Shown piece after piece: positions 9,701 to 17,246 of a DNA stretch of 44,104 nt (the stretch's first letter is position 1; every line of letters starts with the position of its first letter). The stretch is taken from NCBI GenBank assembly GCA_964531495.1, contig CAZHDS010000002.1:1-44104 (forward strand), given 5' to 3'. A program made the translations under genes and the position numbers. This DNA is from an uncultured Ignavibacteriales bacterium. GTDB lineage: Bacteria; Zixibacteria; MSB-5A5; GN15; FEB-12. The notes below the pieces were generated by a model. It saw only the letters and a list, made by a program, of their open reading frames with translations. It was not told the DNA's origin and did no database searches.

Positions 9701-9982
9701 ACCACCGCTCTGGGCATGGCGCCTCTGATTCTTGAGACCAGCTTCCAGGCCCAATTCCTGATACCGATGGCATCCTCGGTCGCCTATGGCCTCGTCTTCG
9801 GCACGTTCATCTTGCTGCTCATCCTGCCCGCCGCCTTTCTCGCTTTCAATAGAGTCCGCCTCAAGGTGGCCCGCTGGTTTTTCGATCCGAACGCCACGCA
9901 GGAGTCAGTCGAACCGGCCGTCAAGGAGCTCAATGTCTCGCTCTCTATCGTTCGTACAAGTGAGGACATCCATCATGCTTAG
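6791..9982 (+). CDS. RND efflux permease (AcrB/AcrD/AcrF family)
   Basis: The protein is 1063 aa and shows the two-fold repeated 6-TM architecture. The conserved TM4/TM10 motifs 'VGILVDDAIVVGENI' and 'SGIIINDSIVFVDQI' are present. Confidence 0.95.
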   Translation: MKRVISFFIRYPVWVSVLMFSVIIFGLIAFAQLRFSFFPEQEPNSIIVEVTYPGASPTEIEEGVVLKIEENLDGLQGIERATSVSRENSATVTIETVFGADVDKVLADVKNAVDRINSFPIDAEKPVIYERKFRSRAQVIGLHGDVDRYTLKYLAEELRDDLLASDEVSQVTISGIPTLEFSIEITEADLRRYELTFNEVRTAVAGANLNLSGGKFDTDDEEILIRAWGRGYHAEDLLNIPVRGSANGTVVLLRDIAEVHEQWADSPVKTYFNGRFAVLIQISQAADEDILKIVAQADQVIASFNDRHANVQAATVVDMTVPLRQRIELLTRNGIIGLILVLICLGFFLNLRLSFWVAVSIPFSFAGMFIVGHYAGITVNVLSLAGMIIVVGILVDDAIVVGENIFAHYERGKNALEAAIDGTLEVVGPVFTSVMTTIIVFATFFFMEGGLGQMMWQMGLVVMASLGFSIIEAFVILPAHLAHSKGLDSNKAPSAMRQRTEGWIHKFTHKVYGPALRAALRNKWIVVMTPIAAIMITVGLLGGGLIGLTFFPNVDGDQIPINLTLVAGRQEADTDSLLARIEAVCWQVNEEIKEERGDGVNVIEDIQRQIGSNDFGESGSHTGNLELQLVDGETRGTESYVIVNRLREAVGPIPEAQNLTFGSAGRFGKAVSVSLLGNDIDQLEKATNLLKEELRSFASLQDVTDTNRKGRREIDITLKPRAHSLGMTLQDIVGQVRQGFHGQEIQRIQRGRDEIRVWVRFTPEDRAALGQLDQMRIRSRDGAEYPFAELAQYSIKRGITQINHLNRKREIKVEANLVDVHEDLPPIIAEIQEAVIPRVMSQVQGVTVSFEGQSREEGRMKNSMLMAFAVALMAMFILIVLVFRSYAQAGLVLSLIPIGIIGAIWGHGIQGIQISMLSAMGLMALSGIIINDSIVFVDQINRFLRQGQKVEEAVYNSGLSRLRPILLTTLTTALGMAPLILETSFQAQFLIPMASSVAYGLVFGTFILLLILPAAFLAFNRVRLKVARWFFDPNATQESVEPAVKELNVSLSIVRTSEDIHHA

Positions 9983-11285
9983 AACATCACTCATCGCCAT
10001 TTTCCTGTGTCTCGCTGGTAGCCTTGGGGCACAGCCAGTGCTGACGCTGGAGGATGCGATCACTATCGGACTGAAGAACAACTTCGACATCCAAGTAGCT
10101 CACAATGCAGCGGAGATCGCCCGTCAGAACTATGGCCTGGGCACCGCCGGATTTTTGCCGAGCCTGGATGCGACGGCCCGCTACAGCCAGACCGGCAATG
10201 ACCAGAGTACCAACCCGCCTCCAGAAGATTCGGACTCCGACATTGATCTGCTCAATGCCCAGATTGGTCTTACCTGGACTATCTTCGACGGCTTCGAAAT
10301 GTTCACAGGCAAGAAGCGCTACAACGAACTGGCGCGATTGGGCGAGTACCAATCCCGGAGCCTGATCGAAAACTCGGTGATGGCCATTTCCCAGGCCTAC
10401 CTGGGTCTCGTTAGCCGGGAGCAGTTGCTTCGCGTGGCTCAGGATACTCGCGATGTCTCGCAGTCGCGCTATGAGCGCGAGGAGGTCCGCAAGGAACTCG
10501 GCGGTGCCTCATCGACCGACCTGCTCAACGCTCAGGTGTCGCTGAACAACGATCAAGCCAGTCTGCTTGAACAACAACTACAGGTCAAAGTAACTCGCGA
10601 GGAACTGAACATACTGCTGGGGCGCGATCCTGCCGAGCCGATAACTGTCGACCCGGAGATCACTCTGGCTGAAGTCGATATGGCGCTGGCCGATATCCTG
10701 GAGTTGGCCCACGAACACAACGCCTCGTTGAAGACGCAAGAAATGAGCAAGAGCGTGGCCGATCTCAACGTGCGCAGCGCTCGCGTACCGCTCTACCCCC
10801 GGGTGTCCGCCTTCGCCACGTACGGCTACACCGATCAGTCCGTGAGTTCACCGGACGATCCGACTGGAACCGAATACGGGACCGAGACGACCAGTTCGAC
10901 CGTCGGTCTCCAACTTTCCTGGAATCTCTTCAATGGTCGTCGCGATCATATCGCCCGAGCTAAGGCCAAGATCGAATCGAACAACCAGTCTCTGGCTCTT
11001 AACGAAGCCCAGCATCGCCTGACAGCCACGGTGCGGAATGCCTACGAAACCTATTTGCAGCGCTTGGAACTGGTAACGCTGAATGAACAGAACATCGAGG
11101 CCGCCAGCCGCAATCTGGAACTACAGCAGGAGAGCTACCGGCTCGGTGGTACCACCTCGCTCGAGTTCCGCGATGCTCAGGTCAACCGCGCTCGGGCTCA
11201 GACGGCGCTGATCAATGCCCGCTACCAGGCCCGAATCGCGATCATAGAACTCGACCGACTCATGGGACGGATTGTGATTGAATAA
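9975..11285 (+). CDS. TolC-family outer membrane efflux channel
   Basis: The track ORF begins at 9786, but that part lies inside the RND gene in another frame. The in-frame ATG at 9975 (GAGGA upstream) gives MLRTSLIAIFLCLAGSLGAQ (signal peptide) followed by 'LTLEDAITIGLKNNFDIQVA', the usual OEP start. Two OEP repeats follow. Confidence 0.88.
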   Translation: MLRTSLIAIFLCLAGSLGAQPVLTLEDAITIGLKNNFDIQVAHNAAEIARQNYGLGTAGFLPSLDATARYSQTGNDQSTNPPPEDSDSDIDLLNAQIGLTWTIFDGFEMFTGKKRYNELARLGEYQSRSLIENSVMAISQAYLGLVSREQLLRVAQDTRDVSQSRYEREEVRKELGGASSTDLLNAQVSLNNDQASLLEQQLQVKVTREELNILLGRDPAEPITVDPEITLAEVDMALADILELAHEHNASLKTQEMSKSVADLNVRSARVPLYPRVSAFATYGYTDQSVSSPDDPTGTEYGTETTSSTVGLQLSWNLFNGRRDHIARAKAKIESNNQSLALNEAQHRLTATVRNAYETYLQRLELVTLNEQNIEAASRNLELQQESYRLGGTTSLEFRDAQVNRARAQTALINARYQARIAIIELDRLMGRIVIE

Positions 11286-11374
11286 GCCCGCCGCAAGCAC
11301 CTACTTGACCGATCATGCAGCCTGTGTTACCTTGGCCTGCGATTAACGGTCCATGTATTTCCGGAGTGTTTAGT

Positions 11375-11863
11375 ATGCGCAACAGAGTACTTATTGTAGT
11401 GGCAACGATAATGATCATGACCAGCACCGCCGCCGCTCAGAATGGTGGCTTCGGACTCGGTATCATGGTGGGTGAGCCGACCGGCCTCAGTTGGAAACAA
11501 TGGCTCAGCGGTCGTACGGCCCTTGATGGCGGTCTGGCCTGGTCACTCGACAACGACGCTGAGATGCACATCCACGTCGATTACATATTCCACTACTATG
11601 ACGCCATCAAAGCTGATGATGTGCGTATCCCGGCGTATTATGGCATCGGTGGACGGATCAAGATGGGTGACAAACATCACGATGACTGGATTGGTGTGCG
11701 CATCCCCCTCGGGCTCAACTACCAACTGAAATCGGCCCCGTTGGATTTCTTCATTGAGATGGTACCGATTCTGGATCTCGCCCCGGACACCGATTTCGAT
11801 CTCAACGCCGCTATCGGCGTGCGGTACTTCTTCGGTGGCCGCTCCGGATCATCCCGACGCTGA
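11375..11863 (+). CDS. Small outer-membrane beta-barrel protein
   Basis: The in-frame ATG at 11375 (GGAG upstream) gives the signal peptide MRNRVLIVVATIMIMTSTAAAQ. The body has an alternating hydrophobic pattern, and a beta-signal-like 'AAIGVRYFF' lies near the C-terminus. The family assignment is tentative. Confidence 0.6.
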   Translation: MRNRVLIVVATIMIMTSTAAAQNGGFGLGIMVGEPTGLSWKQWLSGRTALDGGLAWSLDNDAEMHIHVDYIFHYYDAIKADDVRIPAYYGIGGRIKMGDKHHDDWIGVRIPLGLNYQLKSAPLDFFIEMVPILDLAPDTDFDLNAAIGVRYFFGGRSGSSRR

Positions 11864-11943
11864 GTCCTTTGTCGGGATCGCGCCGGAGCCCTGCAGCTCG
11901 CTGCCGGAAACCGCTAGTGTTCAGCAGTCCCAGCCGTACGTCT

Positions 11944-11961
11944 CCCCTGCGAAAGCAGGGG
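11944..11961. repeat. REP-like hairpin, family copy 2 (CCCCTGC-gaaa-GCAGGGG)
   Basis: The loop and inner stem match the reverse complement of 2376-2393 (TTCCTGC-gaaa-GCAGGAA). The outer stem changes TT/AA to CC/GG, again compensatory. Confidence 0.65.
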
Positions 11962-11987
11962 TCCATGTGCTTGATAAAGTCCGGTCA

Positions 11988-13445
11988 TCACTGCGTCAAT
12001 GGATTCCCGCGTGCGCGGGAATGACTGACGTTGCTGCAGGTCACGACCATTGTGATCCTGACCGACCCGCCAGAACTGGCTCGGCGATACTTGATCCAGA
12101 TTGACTTGAGGTTCACGAATTCCTTGATGCCGTAGTGCGACAACTCACGGCCGTAGCCAGATTTCTTCACGCCCCCAAATGGCAAGCGCGGATCAGATTT
12201 GGACATCCCGTTAACAAAGACAGCGCCCGTCTCTATCCGGCGAGCTACGGCTTCAGCCCGTTTCAGATCCTGAGACCAGACTGATCCACCCAGACCAAAC
12301 TCCGAATCGTTGGCCACAGCGACGGCCTCGTCAGCATCTTTCACCGGGATGATGGCCGACACGGGTCCGAAGGTCTCTTCGTCGTAAGCAGCCATGCCCC
12401 TGTGAACATCGGCCAACACTGTCGGAGGATAGAAAGCACCCGGACCATCCGTCTTGCTGCCGCCACACAATAGCCGTGCCCCAGCCTTGATCGACCGTTG
12501 CACCTGGTCATCCAGTTCATCGCGCAGATCCATACGAGCCATCGGACCAACTTTGGTATCCGGCAGCATGGGATCACCCATCTTGAGTCTTCCCATGATC
12601 GCCACCTGCAGTCGCTCAAACTCCTTGACCATCGAGTCCACAACGATAAAGCGTTTGGCTGCGATACAGCTCTGTCCCTGATTGATCATCCGCGAGGCCA
12701 CCGAGGTGCCAGCACAGGTTGGCAGATCAGCATCTTCGAGAACAATGTACGGATCAGATCCGCCCAGCTCTAGTACGGTCTTTTTGAGCTGACTGCCAGC
12801 CGTTGCCGCTACTTGCATCCCGGCCGCTTCGGATCCTGTCAGCGTGACCGCTTTGATATTTGGATTCTGGATTACTTTCTCTACTTGGCGCGATCCAATC
12901 AGAAGGGTCCGGAAGATATTCTTCGGAAACCCAGCCTTTTGGAAGATCTCCTCCAGGGCCAGCGCCGATCCGGGTACATTGGAAGCATGTTTGAGTACGC
13001 CGGCGTTGCCGGCCATAAGTGCCGGGACGGCAAACCGCATCACCTGCCAGAATGGAAAATTCCAGGGCATCACCGCCAGCACCGTTCCCATGGGCTCGAA
13101 GGCAACAAAGCTCCGACTGGCATCGGACTCGATCATCTCGTCGGCCAGTTGCTCTTCGGCGTTCTCAGCATAGTAATCGCAACACCAGGCACACTTGTCC
13201 ACTTCGGCCAGCGACTCGGTGATGGTTTTGCCCATTTCCAGCGTGATGATTTCAGCGTATCTATGTTTGTTGCGCCGTTGTTCTTCGGCCGCCAGATGCA
13301 TCAATTCCGCCCGGTGGGCAAAACTGGTCTGGCGCCAGCTGAGAAACTCGGCGTTGACGTCCTCGAGAATCGAAGTGACCTGGTCATCGGTATGATCGGC
13401 GTATTCCCGAATCAGTTCGTTGGTTGCTGGGTTGATCGCTTTCAT
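11988..13445 (-). CDS. NAD(P)-dependent aldehyde dehydrogenase, succinate-semialdehyde dehydrogenase-like (YneI/Sad type), with a roughly 30-aa non-homologous C-terminal extension
   Basis: The start MKAINPATNELIREY is typical of this type. ALDH catalytic motifs 'VLELGGSDP' (Glu) and 'NQGQSCIAAKRF' (Cys) are present. A GGAGGA Shine-Dalgarno lies in the end of the upstream gene. See the findings for the tail. Confidence 0.9.
   Translation of the reverse strand: MKAINPATNELIREYADHTDDQVTSILEDVNAEFLSWRQTSFAHRAELMHLAAEEQRRNKHRYAEIITLEMGKTITESLAEVDKCAWCCDYYAENAEEQLADEMIESDASRSFVAFEPMGTVLAVMPWNFPFWQVMRFAVPALMAGNAGVLKHASNVPGSALALEEIFQKAGFPKNIFRTLLIGSRQVEKVIQNPNIKAVTLTGSEAAGMQVAATAGSQLKKTVLELGGSDPYIVLEDADLPTCAGTSVASRMINQGQSCIAAKRFIVVDSMVKEFERLQVAIMGRLKMGDPMLPDTKVGPMARMDLRDELDDQVQRSIKAGARLLCGGSKTDGPGAFYPPTVLADVHRGMAAYDEETFGPVSAIIPVKDADEAVAVANDSEFGLGGSVWSQDLKRAEAVARRIETGAVFVNGMSKSDPRLPFGGVKKSGYGRELSHYGIKEFVNLKSIWIKYRRASSGGSVRITMVVTCSNVSHSRARGNPLTQ
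12003..12022. repeat. REP-like hairpin, family copy 3 (ATTCCCGC-gtgc-GCGGGAAT followed by GAC), lying inside the 3' end of the ALDH ORF
   Basis: This is a perfect 8-bp inverted repeat, translated on the minus strand as '...HSRARGNP...' in the ALDH tail. Confidence 0.65.
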
Positions 13446-13452
13446 ATGCTTA

Positions 13453-15231
13453 TCATTCCTCCGGGAATTCGAATCGTTGACAAAGATTGCTCTCCAGCTT
13501 CCGGCTCAACTCATAGTTGACGGCTGGCTCTATCGGTATCTCCACCAGACATAGCTGTTGGCTGCCTATGGCTTTTTTGAGAGTATCCTGTAGCTCGTCG
13601 AGGCTCTCCGGTCGGTATCCCGGAATGCCAAAACTCTCGGCGTACAGTTTGAAATCGGGATTGGTCAGCGCGGTTCCGAAAGTACGTCCGGTGTGGCTAC
13701 GCTGCTTCCATGATATCAGGCCATAGTTGTTGTCGTTGAAAACAATGATGGTCATGCCGATACCCATCCGACGCGCTGTTTCGATTTCCTGTGAATTCAT
13801 GAGGAAACCGCCGTCCCCCATCACCGCCACGACTTGTCGATCCGGTCGGGCCATCTTGGCGGCTACCCCGCCCGGCAGGGCAATACCCATGCTCGCCAGG
13901 CCATTGGATATGATCACCGAGTTGGGCTCGTAGACCGGATAATTACGCCCCACCCACATCTTGTGGCTGCCAACATCGGAAAGCAGGATGTCACCCGGAT
14001 TGAGTATATCTCTGATTATGTGCAGCGCGCCCGGTACGGTGAAGCCCTCTTTCGGTTTTAGGCGATACGACTCAATATCATCCAGGATCTGCTTACGCAG
14101 CGGCTGGAACCATGTCGCATCGAAAGTGATCTTCTCATTTTCAACGAGAGTGTTCAGCTCCCACAACGTCGCCGAGATATCACACACGACCTCGACCACC
14201 GGTTGATAGTACTGATACACCTCGGTTGGAGCAAAATCGATGTGCACAATCTTGTGGTCGCAATCCCGATTCCAGAACTTCGGATCGTACTCGGCAATGT
14301 CGTACCCGATAGTCAATATCAGGTCGGCCGCATCGACCGCGCACATGACGTAATCGCGTCCCTGCAATCCCATCGACAGAAGTGAGTGTTGATCTTTGTC
14401 GGAAACCGCCCCTTTGCCCATGAAAGTTGAGACCACGGGGATGTGGGTCTGCTCTACAAACCGGCGGAGGTGCTTTGAGGCCATTTTTCGTATGGCTCCA
14501 TTGCCGGCAATAATCAACGGGCGGCGGGCCTGTTTGAGCAGATCAATGACTTGCTGAATCGCCTTGAAATCGGGTGCCGCTCGGCGTACCCGTCGCGGTT
14601 CGAGCGGCTCCAAGGTGCAGTCCATCTTGGCTACATCTTCGGGCAGCTCCAGATGCGTTGCGCCCGGCTTTTCCATCTCGGCCAGCTTGAAGGCCTTGCG
14701 AACCACCTCTGGCACGATGTGTGGATTCAGGATCGACGTATTCCATTTGGTAATGGGGCGAAACATGTTGACGACATCGATATTCTGGTGGCTTTCTTTG
14801 TGGATCCGGTCCGACGCGCCCTGGCCGGTAATTGCCACCACCGGCGCCTTGTCGAGGTGGGCGTCAGCAACGCCGGTCATCAGGTTGGTGGCGCCCGGGC
14901 CGAGGGTCGCCAGACAGACGCCTGCCTTGCCGGTCAAACGGCCGTAAACGTCAGCCATGAACGATGCTCCTGATTCGTGGCGGGTGGGTACAAACTTGAT
15001 CGTGGAGTTCTCCAGCGAGAACATCAGATCCTCGTTCTCCTCACCCGGAACGCCGAAGACGTACTGCACTTCCTCTCGTTCCAGACACTTGACAACCAGA
15101 TCGGATACTTTCAAAACAGTTCTGCCTCCTGCGCAAAGAGAGTCATAGTGGTCAACAATATCAAGCATAAATAGAACCGCGTCCAATGGCAATCGTTCCA
15201 TTTCCTCCTTACCGGGGGGCTCCAAGGGCAT
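13453..15231 (-). CDS. Thiamine-diphosphate enzyme of the acetolactate synthase large-subunit family (candidate 2-oxoglutarate decarboxylase)
   Basis: The N-terminal part reads 'VSDLVVKCLEREEVQYVFGVPGEEN' and 'GVCLATLGPGATNLMTGVADAHLDKAPVVAITG'. The ThDP motif 'GDGGFLMNSQEIETARRMGIGMTIIVFNDNNYG' is present. The start is uncertain: ATG 15231 is the longest option, ATG 15201 follows AAGGAGG, and TTG 15114 (AGGAGG 10 nt upstream) would give a family-typical 553 aa beginning MKVSDLVVKCLE. Confidence 0.9.
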   Translation of the reverse strand: MPLEPPGKEEMERLPLDAVLFMLDIVDHYDSLCAGGRTVLKVSDLVVKCLEREEVQYVFGVPGEENEDLMFSLENSTIKFVPTRHESGASFMADVYGRLTGKAGVCLATLGPGATNLMTGVADAHLDKAPVVAITGQGASDRIHKESHQNIDVVNMFRPITKWNTSILNPHIVPEVVRKAFKLAEMEKPGATHLELPEDVAKMDCTLEPLEPRRVRRAAPDFKAIQQVIDLLKQARRPLIIAGNGAIRKMASKHLRRFVEQTHIPVVSTFMGKGAVSDKDQHSLLSMGLQGRDYVMCAVDAADLILTIGYDIAEYDPKFWNRDCDHKIVHIDFAPTEVYQYYQPVVEVVCDISATLWELNTLVENEKITFDATWFQPLRKQILDDIESYRLKPKEGFTVPGALHIIRDILNPGDILLSDVGSHKMWVGRNYPVYEPNSVIISNGLASMGIALPGGVAAKMARPDRQVVAVMGDGGFLMNSQEIETARRMGIGMTIIVFNDNNYGLISWKQRSHTGRTFGTALTNPDFKLYAESFGIPGYRPESLDELQDTLKKAIGSQQLCLVEIPIEPAVNYELSRKLESNLCQRFEFPEE

Positions 15232-15300
15232 CTTTCGTGCTCATTCCCGGACCACGCCACCACTTCCCTATGAATATCTAACTGAACCCTAACATTCCGT

Positions 15301-15328
15301 TTGACTTGAGCCACCGCCACCATATATT
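15301..15328 (+). promoter_or_regulatory. Sigma70-type promoter TTGACT-N16-TATATT upstream of the Na/Pi cotransporter gene
   Basis: The -35 is at 15301-15306 and the -10 at 15323-15328. The start codon is at 15367. Confidence 0.5.
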
Positions 15329-15366
15329 CCCGGCAAAGATGGCTTCTGATTCAAGGATGATCGCCG

Positions 15367-16491
15367 TTGCCAGAACTTGAGAAACCCCCCGCTGGGCTGA
15401 GATCACGTTTTCGACCGAGCAATGGTGTTTGGCTGAAGTCCATTTCTGTTGCAGGTCTTCTCTACCTATTTCTGTTGTCAATCACACTGTTAGGGGCGTC
15501 TTTCAAGCTGTTTGGACGGGAGTTCGCCGAAGCGATCTTCTTTGCCACCTCCAGTCCCGTTGTAGCCCTTATGATCGGTGTGATGACCACCGCTATCATT
15601 CAATCGTCGTCCACAACCACGTCGATAGTCGTTGGTCTGGTGGCATCCGGAGTCCTGACCTTCGAGAGCGCTATCCCGATGGTGATGGGCGCCAACATTG
15701 GTACGTCGATCACGAACACCGTCGTCTCGATGGGCCACATCTCCCGTGAGAATGAGTTCCGACGCGCTTTCTGCGGTTCGATGCTACACGATTTTTTCAA
15801 CGTCTGCTCAGTCATTGTCCTGTTGCCGTTGGAGATCTATTTCGGGTTAATCGCCAAATCGGCGCTCGTACTGCAGTCCATTTTTGAAGGTTTCGGGGGG
15901 CTGAAGTTCTCGTCACCGCTCGGCGCCGTGACCAAACCGGTCGCAGAGATGATCCTTCATGGAACGGGTGACAATGGCTGGATAGGGGTCGCAATTGCGC
16001 TCTTGTTCTTGTTTGTTGCCTTGCGATACATCGTAAAACTGCTGCGATCGTTGGTCCTGGCGCGGGTTGAGAAATTCTTCCAAACGTACGTATTCAGAAC
16101 CCCGGCTCTGGGCTTCCTGCTGGGCATTGTCATAACGGTCATGGTTCAGTCATCGTCGATTACGACCTCTGTCGTGGTTCCGCTTTTGGGGGCAGGTGTC
16201 TTGAACAATGTCCAGATATACCCGTATCTGCTGGGAGCGAATGTCGGAACGACCATAACCGCCTTCCTGGCGTCCTTTGTAACTGGCTCACCGCCAGCGG
16301 TGGGAGTGGCTTTTGCCCATCTCGTGTTCAACATCTACGGCATTGGCATTTTCTGGCCGCTCAAGCGGATTCCGATCTGGCTGGCTGTCAAGCTAAGCGA
16401 TCTGACCTCAACATCGAGATTAGTACCGATCGCCTACATAGCTATTGTGTTCTTCATAATACCTGGAGTGATCATTTATTTAACGGAGTAG
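15367..16491 (+). CDS. Na+/phosphate cotransporter family protein (NptA type)
   Basis: The duplicated signature 'QSSSTTTSIVVGLVASG...ANIGTSITN' and 'QSSSITTSVVVPLLGAG...ANVGTTITA' is present. The start is TTG, with AAGGA 9 nt upstream. Confidence 0.88.
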   Translation: MPELEKPPAGLRSRFRPSNGVWLKSISVAGLLYLFLLSITLLGASFKLFGREFAEAIFFATSSPVVALMIGVMTTAIIQSSSTTTSIVVGLVASGVLTFESAIPMVMGANIGTSITNTVVSMGHISRENEFRRAFCGSMLHDFFNVCSVIVLLPLEIYFGLIAKSALVLQSIFEGFGGLKFSSPLGAVTKPVAEMILHGTGDNGWIGVAIALLFLFVALRYIVKLLRSLVLARVEKFFQTYVFRTPALGFLLGIVITVMVQSSSITTSVVVPLLGAGVLNNVQIYPYLLGANVGTTITAFLASFVTGSPPAVGVAFAHLVFNIYGIGIFWPLKRIPIWLAVKLSDLTSTSRLVPIAYIAIVFFIIPGVIIYLTE

Positions 16492-16496
16492 CGTAG

Positions 16497-17174
16497 ATGT
16501 TCTCTAAGTTCAAAGAGCTGTTCTCCTCGGAGAACCACCTAGATTCGGCGTTCAACACTACGCTGACCATGATTGAGTTCGACTACAAGATGTACGATGC
16601 ATCGCGACTGACTTTGAGAGACAGCGAGACTGACGAACTCCCCTTTGACGTGCGCAAGACCGATCGCCAGATCAACAAGTACGAGCGCGAAGTACGTCGA
16701 AAAGTACTGACCCATCTGACTATCGCCGGTACCTCCAACCTGGTGCCTGGACTAGCCCTGATATCAATCGTAATCGATGTCGAGCGGATCGGCGACTACA
16801 CGAAAAACATCGTCGATCTAGCCACCAAGCACCCCCACAAGCTCCATGGCGGACGCCATGAAGATACGCTACAGGAAATAGAGGGCATATTGGAGGACAT
16901 TTTCCCCAAGGTCATCGAGGTCATGAAGACTCAGGATGTCGAGAAGGCTCGTGAGATAATGGGGCTGGAGGAGTCCACGGCAAAGAAGGCGGAATCGGTC
17001 ATGACCGACCTGATCACTAGTGGCTCCCCTGATGTCAGTTGCGCCGACGCAGTCTGCCTCTGCATGTACGCGCGCTACCTGAAGCGTATCAGCGCCCACT
17101 TGACCAACATTGCCAGCTCGATAGTGAATCCTTTCCCCAGGATCGGTTTCCGCGAGAAACGGATGCGCCAATAG
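16497..17174 (+). CDS. PhoU-domain protein
   Basis: The 225-aa helical protein contains 'VIDVERIGDYTKNIVDLA', matching the PhoU motif ERIGD.a.NI. It begins 5 nt after the Na/Pi transporter stop. Confidence 0.8.
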   Translation: MFSKFKELFSSENHLDSAFNTTLTMIEFDYKMYDASRLTLRDSETDELPFDVRKTDRQINKYEREVRRKVLTHLTIAGTSNLVPGLALISIVIDVERIGDYTKNIVDLATKHPHKLHGGRHEDTLQEIEGILEDIFPKVIEVMKTQDVEKAREIMGLEESTAKKAESVMTDLITSGSPDVSCADAVCLCMYARYLKRISAHLTNIASSIVNPFPRIGFREKRMRQ

Positions 17175-17196
17175 TCAGCCGCGACAACGAAAACTC

Positions 17197-17229
17197 AAAA
17201 GGCCGCCCCATTCAGAGCGGCCTTTTTCG
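17197..17229. terminator. Bidirectional intrinsic terminator between the convergent PhoU-domain and antiporter genes
   Basis: The sequence is AAAAGGCCGC-cccattcaga-GCGGCCTTTTT. It has a GC-rich stem flanked by an A-run on one side and a T-run on the other. Confidence 0.75.
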
Positions 17230-17246
17230 TGATTTGGATGGAGAAG

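Noticed and set aside
9786-9974. An upstream extension of the TolC-like ORF (63 extra codons, MASSSARSSCC...).
   Set aside because: It overlaps the end of the RND gene in another frame and is Ser/Arg-rich junk. The internal ATG at 9975 gives a proper signal peptide and has a GAGGA site.
11754-12104. A 116-aa ORF (+) spanning the gap between the outer-membrane barrel gene and the ALDH gene.
   Set aside because: It overlaps two better-supported genes. Its middle is the translation of the two REP-like hairpins (SPAKAGV..., IPACAGMT).
12813-13520. A 235-aa ORF on the + strand.
   Set aside because: It is antisense to the ALDH gene and the 3' end of the ThDP-enzyme gene, and its sequence is low-complexity and R/G/H-rich.
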